This document shows positions 58,449 through 64,000 of a DNA stretch of 64,000 nucleotides, piece by piece. Both the position numbers and the translations under genes were made by a program. The DNA is from a virus (lineage: Duplodnaviria; Caudoviricetes), in the IMG/VR virus record IMGVR_UViG_2516653058_000003, positions 8,875-72,874 of that record. The stretch is one strand, 5' to 3'. Within the stretch, counting starts at the first letter, position 1, and each line of letters begins with the position of its first letter. The notes under the pieces were generated by a model. It saw only the letters and a program-made list of their open reading frames with translations. It was not told where the DNA came from and did no database searches.

Positions 58449-59756
58449 ATGAAAACTGAATTTAAGCTCCCAGCTGATAACCGTATTACTGTAACCATTG
58501 AAAGGACAGATAAGGATTTGGTAGGTAAATTTGTCCGATTCGAACATGCAGGCTTTTGCCGGGTTTGTGGATCCCACGAAAATCCCCACGCCGTTGTCAG
58601 GGAAATTATCCCAGACCGCAGCGACTCTATCGAAGCGGCCAGTGGGCACAGCAAAGCTATTGTTAGCTGGTTATCTGCTGAGCCATATCCTTCAGTTATG
58701 GAAGCACTCCACCAATCTGTGATGCTTGGGACAGCTGAAGCCATGAGAGCTGCCAATAACCACACCCTGCCATCATATGAAGAAGGTATAGCGGCTAGTG
58801 TATATTCCCCAAAATTTACGGGAAAATCCCTACCGAAAGCGAAAGGTTCGGTGATTGATGCGGTATTGATATCTATAGCAGCACTCCCGAAAAATCTCAA
58901 TGGCCGAATGGTGTCTAAGACAAAGTCGAAAGGCTTATTTATTAATGGCCTTGATGAGTACAGCCTCTGTTCCAACCCAAACTTGGCGGACGCGTATATA
59001 GTCGGAACTCATGCAAGTAAGGTCAGCCGTGCCGGAGTACATGGGCGGAGAGTGACGCTGAGGTTGGTTAAAGGCTCAACAACCGCCGAATTTACGGGGC
59101 CGGTTGTTTACGGGAACCTAACCTCAGAACCTCCTAACACAGATGAGTTGTTGGGGCAGTATGTAGAAGCTTGTTCAGATAGGGGTTTGTTTTCTCTAAC
59201 TCTTAATGAAAACATTGCAGTGGGGAGAGTTGTAAAAGTAGTACCAAGTCCTCAGCCTTCTAACACCATTGTGGGAGTGGTGTTCAGAGATCAGGGAACT
59301 TACGAACATATCACCAGCTGTTGGGCTAAGTGGAGTGAACTAAACCAGATCATTCAAGAAACAGAAACAGAAACACCTACCCAAGCTCTGCGCCACAACG
59401 CAGGGAAAGCCCCTCTCAGCTTTATATTCTCTGCACCTCACGCCCTGGAAGGGGTATCCCGTGTCCTGGAGTTCGGCGCCAACAAATATGCGCGTGACAA
59501 CTGGAAAAAAGGGTTCCCTTACACGGAATTGGTGGACAGCTTGTGCCGCCACTTGAAGGACTTCATGAATGGCGATGACAACGACGCGGACAGCGGTCTG
59601 CCCCACGTGGACCACATCCTTTGTAATGCGCTGTTCCTGTCCGAACTGACTCGGACACGGTCTGAATTCGACGACCGTGGCATCCCTAAACCCACACTAC
59701 CGGAAATAGATTTACGGGATAACGTCCTTAACTATGGTAAAGGAGGCGCAGAATGA
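58449..59756 (+). CDS. dATP/dGTP diphosphohydrolase (DUF5664-type) fused to a long unknown N-terminus
   Basis: C-terminal GKAPLSFI…VLEFGANKYARDNWKKG…DSLCRHL…DSGLPHVDHILCNALFL. Confidence 0.8.
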   Translation: MKTEFKLPADNRITVTIERTDKDLVGKFVRFEHAGFCRVCGSHENPHAVVREIIPDRSDSIEAASGHSKAIVSWLSAEPYPSVMEALHQSVMLGTAEAMRAANNHTLPSYEEGIAASVYSPKFTGKSLPKAKGSVIDAVLISIAALPKNLNGRMVSKTKSKGLFINGLDEYSLCSNPNLADAYIVGTHASKVSRAGVHGRRVTLRLVKGSTTAEFTGPVVYGNLTSEPPNTDELLGQYVEACSDRGLFSLTLNENIAVGRVVKVVPSPQPSNTIVGVVFRDQGTYEHITSCWAKWSELNQIIQETETETPTQALRHNAGKAPLSFIFSAPHALEGVSRVLEFGANKYARDNWKKGFPYTELVDSLCRHLKDFMNGDDNDADSGLPHVDHILCNALFLSELTRTRSEFDDRGIPKPTLPEIDLRDNVLNYGKGGAE

Positions 59757-60262
59757 AGCAACTAACTGGTGTAAGGTTAGCGGAATTCGTAAGCAAATTT
59801 GTCAGTGATCCGCTCACTCCTGGATACTCAGAGTTGGATATCCGAGTCGGCCTGACAATATATATATATAGGGAGCAGGAGCCCCACCGTACCCAGCGCA
59901 TACACCGCTTAGGGGAAGAACCGTGGGAAAACCTATACGATAAAGCTACCATTGGCCCACAAGGATTCTTTCTTAAAGCCGGAGAGTTTATAGTAGTAAA
60001 TTCTCTTGAAGATTTCTGCATCCCTCAAAACATCAAAGGTGTCCTTAACTTGCGGTCATTCGCCGCAAAATCGGGCTTAGGGCAGACCGCTTCCTTAATT
60101 ATGAAGCCGGGGTGGAATTACGGTACTGATAATGATGTGCAACCATTCCGTCTGGAAATCAACAACTCGCTCTCCCACCACGACCTCCATATCTGTACAG
60201 GAGATGTGATCGGGCAAGTGGAGTTTTACGACATTTCGGAGGTGTGTGATGACGGAAAATAA
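59753..60262 (+). CDS. dcd: dCTP deaminase/dUTPase-family protein
   Basis: SELDIRVG, LKAGEF, LRSFAAKSGL, PGW…LEINN and IGQVEF motifs. Confidence 0.75.
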   Translation: MKQLTGVRLAEFVSKFVSDPLTPGYSELDIRVGLTIYIYREQEPHRTQRIHRLGEEPWENLYDKATIGPQGFFLKAGEFIVVNSLEDFCIPQNIKGVLNLRSFAAKSGLGQTASLIMKPGWNYGTDNDVQPFRLEINNSLSHHDLHICTGDVIGQVEFYDISEVCDDGK

Positions 60263-60884
60263 AGGAAGCTACTGGAACTGCCGGGTTATTGAACACAAAG
60301 GGGAGTATCCTTGGTTTGGTATCCATGAAGTTTACTACGATGCTGGTGGGGGTGTTACCGGAATTACTGAAAATCCCGTACAGCTAGTACAGGGTTCGGT
60401 GGACGACCTACAAGATGAGATACATAAACTTAAAATGGCGTTTGAAAAGCCAGTGTTGGATTATGCAGCTTGTGCAGATGTAAGTAAAACCTGTGACAAC
60501 CTGTCCAGGGACGAACGGCAAAAAGTCGTACTGGGTTGGGCTATAGACACTTTTGGGGAATTAACGGCCACCTCTCTTACAGAGAGGGCAGCGAGGTTCA
60601 CTGAAGAGGCGTTGGAGTTGGCGCAGGCAGTGGGGCTGAGCCAGAACCATGTGATAAACATCCTCAACTACGTTTATGGCCGGCCTATTGGCGACACCGC
60701 CCAAGAGATTGGCGGGGTGGCGGTGTCTTTAATGGCATTGGGGGAGCGGCTTCGTTTGTCGATAGATGAGTGTGAGCGTCATGAATTAAACCGTATCCTG
60801 GCAAAAGACCCTAAGTTTTTCCGGGAAAAACAAAACTCGAAAGCAGGTGCCGGGGTGGCTTTGGAGGTGTCCAATGGCAAATAA
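60246..60884 (+). CDS. Two-domain protein with a C-terminal MazG-like domain
   Basis: N-terminal WNCRV…GIHEVYYD module; C-terminal ERAARFTEEALELAQA…QEIGGV. Confidence 0.7.
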   Translation: MMTENKGSYWNCRVIEHKGEYPWFGIHEVYYDAGGGVTGITENPVQLVQGSVDDLQDEIHKLKMAFEKPVLDYAACADVSKTCDNLSRDERQKVVLGWAIDTFGELTATSLTERAARFTEEALELAQAVGLSQNHVINILNYVYGRPIGDTAQEIGGVAVSLMALGERLRLSIDECERHELNRILAKDPKFFREKQNSKAGAGVALEVSNGK

Positions 60885-61068
60885 ACGCGTCCTTTCCGAA
60901 AAAGCCGCCGCCAACCTGGAATACAGCAAAGACAAACGCAAGCGCCGCCGCGAGCACCGGTGCCGGGCCAGGTCCATCCTGAGAGGTGAAGTTCCTTTCC
61001 GGTTGTGGGATGGCCAGACCCTGTACGACAAAGCCCGCTGGCATATGATGCAAGCCAAATACCTTTAA
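60874..61068 (+). CDS. Small basic protein
   Basis: GGAGG RBS before MANKRV; 64 aa. Confidence 0.5.
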   Translation: MANKRVLSEKAAANLEYSKDKRKRRREHRCRARSILRGEVPFRLWDGQTLYDKARWHMMQAKYL

Positions 61069-61081
61069 TTGGAGAATTGAG

Positions 61082-61270
61082 ATGGAAGAATTAAGACAAA
61101 CAATCGAGATTAGCTTACTGCGACGTATCGAGCAGGCCACAACAGGGGCGGAGTGCGCCACAGCTGTGATGAATTACAAACACTTCAGAGAAGCTTTAGC
61201 GATAGTACCGACTCCGTCGGTGATACCTTCCATATTTCAAAACACTTTAAACACCTTGCAAGACCCTTAA
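61082..61270 (+). CDS. Small hypothetical protein
   Basis: GGAG RBS; 62 aa. Confidence 0.5.
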   Translation: MEELRQTIEISLLRRIEQATTGAECATAVMNYKHFREALAIVPTPSVIPSIFQNTLNTLQDP

Positions 61271-61280
61271 GAGTGTAACC

Positions 61281-61308
61281 ACCCTCCAACCCAGCACGGT
61301 TGGAGGGT
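61281..61308 (+). promoter_or_regulatory. CAGCAC-loop hairpin element
   Basis: ACCCTCCAACC-CAGCAC-GGTTGGAGGGT then TTATTTT; ACCGGAGAC at 61323. Confidence 0.85.
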
Positions 61309-61335
61309 TTATTTTGATAAAGACCGGAGACATTA

Positions 61336-61596
61336 ATGAATGAACGTATAGAACTAAACGAAGAAGCTGTAACCACCATCACTGTAGCTTCCGCTATCTG
61401 CTCAGTAATCCTAGGTATAGCAGGAATGTTCTGCTACAGCAGTGTAAATTCCACAAATGGCCAACAGGCTTTGATTGCTAAAGCCATCCAAGCCGGAAAA
61501 TCTCCGCTGGAAGCCAAGTGCGCCTCGATGTCCTCACCAGGGGAAGATAAAGCGTGCTTGCTGGTAGCAGCAGCTGGGGTAGGGGCACAGCAATGA
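61336..61596 (+). CDS. Small membrane protein
   Basis: One TM segment plus a Cys pair. Confidence 0.65.
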   Translation: MNERIELNEEAVTTITVASAICSVILGIAGMFCYSSVNSTNGQQALIAKAIQAGKSPLEAKCASMSSPGEDKACLLVAAAGVGAQQ

Positions 61597-61934
61597 AACG
61601 GATCATTATAACCACTTTGTTATTATTGCCTGTAGTATCTGACGCGAGTTGCCGCAGTGCCACGCAAAAGCACCACTTCGATGTCCAGCAAGGTTACCCC
61701 TATGGCCGCAAAGGCTACGTGGTTGACCATATCTGCCCTTTGGAGCAAGGCGGGGTCGATGCGCCAATCAACATGCAATACCAAACTATTGCCGAAGGGA
61801 AGGCGAAAGACCATGGTCGTGGGGCAGTTGGGGAGTTGACCCCTGAAGGCAGGAAACTGTACTGCAATGCCACGAACTCCACCCCAACCCGTCAGGTATT
61901 CAATTGTAAAGGCCACAACGGAGGCGACCAATGA
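61593..61934 (+). CDS. HNH-type nuclease with a signal peptide
   Basis: [18 protein letters not shown] leader; [20 protein letters not shown] motif. Confidence 0.75.
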   Translation: MKRIIITTLLLLPVVSDASCRSATQKHHFDVQQGYPYGRKGYVVDHICPLEQGGVDAPINMQYQTIAEGKAKDHGRGAVGELTPEGRKLYCNATNSTPTRQVFNCKGHNGGDQ

Positions 61935-62710
61935 AACAATATTTAGATCTATTGCAAGAGTTGCTAGATAGCGGCAACCAAAAAGGCGACCGTACTGGCA
62001 CTGGAACGCTTTCTAAGTTCGGTCATCAGATGCGGTTTGATTTGTCGAAGGGTTTTCCCTTAGTGACGACGAAGCGGATCCACATGAAGTCGGTGATTCA
62101 CGAGTTGCTGTGGTTCCTTAAAGGCGACACCAATATCAAGTACTTGAATGACAACGGTGTCCGAATTTGGGATGAGTGGGCTGACGAAAATGGGGATTTG
62201 GGACCAATCTACAGTGAACAGTGGCGTAACTGGGACGGATGTATTGACCAAATTGCCGACACGATTGCCGAAATCAAACGCAACAAAGACTCCCGTCGCC
62301 TTGTTGTCACTGCATGGAATCCATCGGATGCCCATAAGGTAAAGCTACATTGGTGTCATTGCCTATTCCAATTTTACGTCCACAACGGCAAGTTATCCTG
62401 CCAACTCTACCAACGTTCGGCGGACACGTTTTTAGGGGTTCCGTTTAATATTGCCAGCTACGCTCTCCTTACCCACATGATTGCCCAACAATGTGACCTA
62501 GACGTTGGGGAGTTTATTTGGACTGGAGGAGATACCCATCTGTATTTGAACCACATCGAACAGGCTAAACTGCAGCTAACCCGTGACCCTCAGCCATTAC
62601 CAAAACTGGTCTTGAACAAGGCCGACTCAATAGACGACTACAAGCCTGAGGACTTCGTCATTTCCGGGTACATCCCTTATGACGCCATTAAGGCGGAGGT
62701 GGCGGTATGA
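61931..62710 (+). CDS. thyA: Thymidylate synthase
   Basis: [25 protein letters not shown] (catalytic Cys), YQRSAD and GVPFNIASY. Confidence 0.97.
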   Translation: MKQYLDLLQELLDSGNQKGDRTGTGTLSKFGHQMRFDLSKGFPLVTTKRIHMKSVIHELLWFLKGDTNIKYLNDNGVRIWDEWADENGDLGPIYSEQWRNWDGCIDQIADTIAEIKRNKDSRRLVVTAWNPSDAHKVKLHWCHCLFQFYVHNGKLSCQLYQRSADTFLGVPFNIASYALLTHMIAQQCDLDVGEFIWTGGDTHLYLNHIEQAKLQLTRDPQPLPKLVLNKADSIDDYKPEDFVISGYIPYDAIKAEVAV

Positions 62711-63159
62711 TGGTTTATCAAGGTGAAAATTCAAAGCACTGCGTGGCGGCGTGTATTGCCACAATCCTTTGCTGTACCCTTGAAGAAATATTATCCACAG
62801 CGGCAGGTTTGGGAATCAACCCGGATATAGGGATGTCAGGGGTGGATGAATTAAGGGTGTTGGCGCAGTTAGGTTGGGAAAATAATATCGTTCAGGTTTC
62901 CAGCCTTACCAACCAACTCATCCTTGGCCGAACATATCTGTTAACTGTGCCGTCTCTAAACACCAGAGGTGGCATACACCGTATCGTTGCCAAAGCCAAA
63001 GCGGATCAAACATTTGAAATACATGACCCGTGCCCATCTGGATTACGGTATGGTATAGACCATCCCCTAACAGGCTGGACAGAGGTCACCGAATTTGTTG
63101 GGGCAAATGTGTGGCCTGATGAGGCAACTGATCATAAGATGGGGGATGGTAATTTATGA
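62707..63159 (+). CDS. Papain-like (C39-type) peptidase candidate
   Basis: Q…CVAACIA, H-x-IV and IHDP motifs. Confidence 0.55.
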   Translation: MMVYQGENSKHCVAACIATILCCTLEEILSTAAGLGINPDIGMSGVDELRVLAQLGWENNIVQVSSLTNQLILGRTYLLTVPSLNTRGGIHRIVAKAKADQTFEIHDPCPSGLRYGIDHPLTGWTEVTEFVGANVWPDEATDHKMGDGNL

Positions 63160-63749
63160 GAGTGCCCATAAACCCAAACAAATTCGCCCGCATTGGTCAG
63201 GCACTGTGCCCACAGCTACCTATCCCCAAACCGGTAGCGGTGTCAATGATCGTGGCCATCGGCCAAAACCATGTCATCGGTGTAGACGGGAAACTGCCTT
63301 GGCACATCCCGGAAGACCTGAGACGATTCCGGTATATTACGGACGGGGCTGTCGTTGTGATGGGGAGAGCCACTTGGGAATCTCTCCCATCAAAGCCATT
63401 AAAAAATCGGCTAAACATTGTGCTGTCCAAAGAGTGTCTTGAACCGTTCACGGCAAAGATATTGCAGCCGTTGTCTATACAGTGTATGGACATTCATAGT
63501 GTGTTTATGTATGCCGAAACTTTCGCTCCAGGTAAAGAAATATTTATTATCGGGGGAGCACAAATATATGACGCTTGGTGGCCGTATGTGACCAAGGTGT
63601 ACTTAACTGAAGTAAGTAAGGAGATACCTAGAGGGGGTGCCACTACAAAATACAGGATGCCTAGGGATTTCAAGACATGTTTTATGGTGGTAGCGCGGGA
63701 CTGGTGGGGTGATTGCGCCTTTTCCGTTTGGGAAAGGGCTAACAGATAA
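63156..63749 (+). CDS. folA: Dihydrofolate reductase
   Basis: IGVDGKLPWHIPEDLRRF, VVMGRATWES, PLKNRLNIVLS and IFIIGGAQIY. Confidence 0.95.
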   Translation: MRVPINPNKFARIGQALCPQLPIPKPVAVSMIVAIGQNHVIGVDGKLPWHIPEDLRRFRYITDGAVVVMGRATWESLPSKPLKNRLNIVLSKECLEPFTAKILQPLSIQCMDIHSVFMYAETFAPGKEIFIIGGAQIYDAWWPYVTKVYLTEVSKEIPRGGATTKYRMPRDFKTCFMVVARDWWGDCAFSVWERANR

Positions 63750-63759
63750 TTCACATATC

Positions 63760-63781
63760 CCCGCCGGCAGCACCTGGCGGG
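63760..63781 (+). promoter_or_regulatory. CAGCAC-loop hairpin element
   Basis: CCCGCCGG-CAGCAC-CTGGCGGG; ACCGGAGAC at 63787. Confidence 0.85.
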
Positions 63782-63799
63782 TATTTACCGGAGACAGAG

Positions 63800-64000
63800 A
63801 TGGACGATATTGAAGACGTAGCGGCGCAGTTCTTTGACCAGCCGCTGATTGACGAAGAAATTTGGTTGGGGATGTTCAACTCCGTATCCACACACCCTGG
63901 ATGCCAGTGCGTAGGCGTGGCGACGGCGTGGGCGGATCAAGGGTTGCTGGCGTTTAAGGACAGGTTCCGTAAGCCGTCAGATAACCTTGGCCTGCATTGA
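63800..64000 (+). CDS. Small hypothetical protein
   Basis: ACCGGAGAC RBS; 66 aa ending at the window edge. Confidence 0.55.
   Translation: MDDIEDVAAQFFDQPLIDEEIWLGMFNSVSTHPGCQCVGVATAWADQGLLAFKDRFRKPSDNLGLH

Noticed and set aside
58449-59756. 2-aminoadenine (Z) or 7-deazaguanine genome modification
   Set aside because: No purZ or queuosine-pathway genes in the window; the diphosphohydrolase alone is not sufficient evidence.

Overview
This window is a 64-kb piece of a large, apparently unclassified tailed dsDNA phage (siphovirus-like, about 50% GC). The host is probably gammaproteobacterial, inferred from nrdJb, terB and thyA/folA. Bases 1-19 kb carry a minus-strand morphogenesis arm: tape measure (runs off the left edge), tail chaperone, tail tube, neck genes, major capsid, decoration protein, S49 protease/scaffold, holin and lytic transglycosylase, portal, GpA-type terminase and a lipoprotein. 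Bases 19.6-64 kb carry a plus-strand early/middle arm: accessory ORFs (KilA-N, TerB, DUF932, DUF6745, several decayed genes), NAD-dependent ligase, a methyltransferase, primase-helicase, SF2 helicase, NrdJb, a Pol I-type polymerase with an intein, a DnaQ-like exonuclease, a resolvase, SbcD/SbcC, a J-domain protein and a dNTP-metabolism cluster. No integrase, RNA polymerase or CRISPR array is visible. Two non-coding signals stand out. (1) A 147-nt RNA at 24992-25138 has one extended acceptor stem, two tRNA D/T elbows and no anticodon arm. (2) About 18 hairpins with unrelated stems share a near-invariant CAGCAC loop, most followed 14-26 nt later by ACCGGAGAC and a start codon, and they occur only in the plus-strand arm. 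An AT-rich region with a 160-nt inverted repeat and iteron-like motifs (22.6-23.3 kb) is a candidate origin. Family assignments come from motif recognition by eye, not from database searches.
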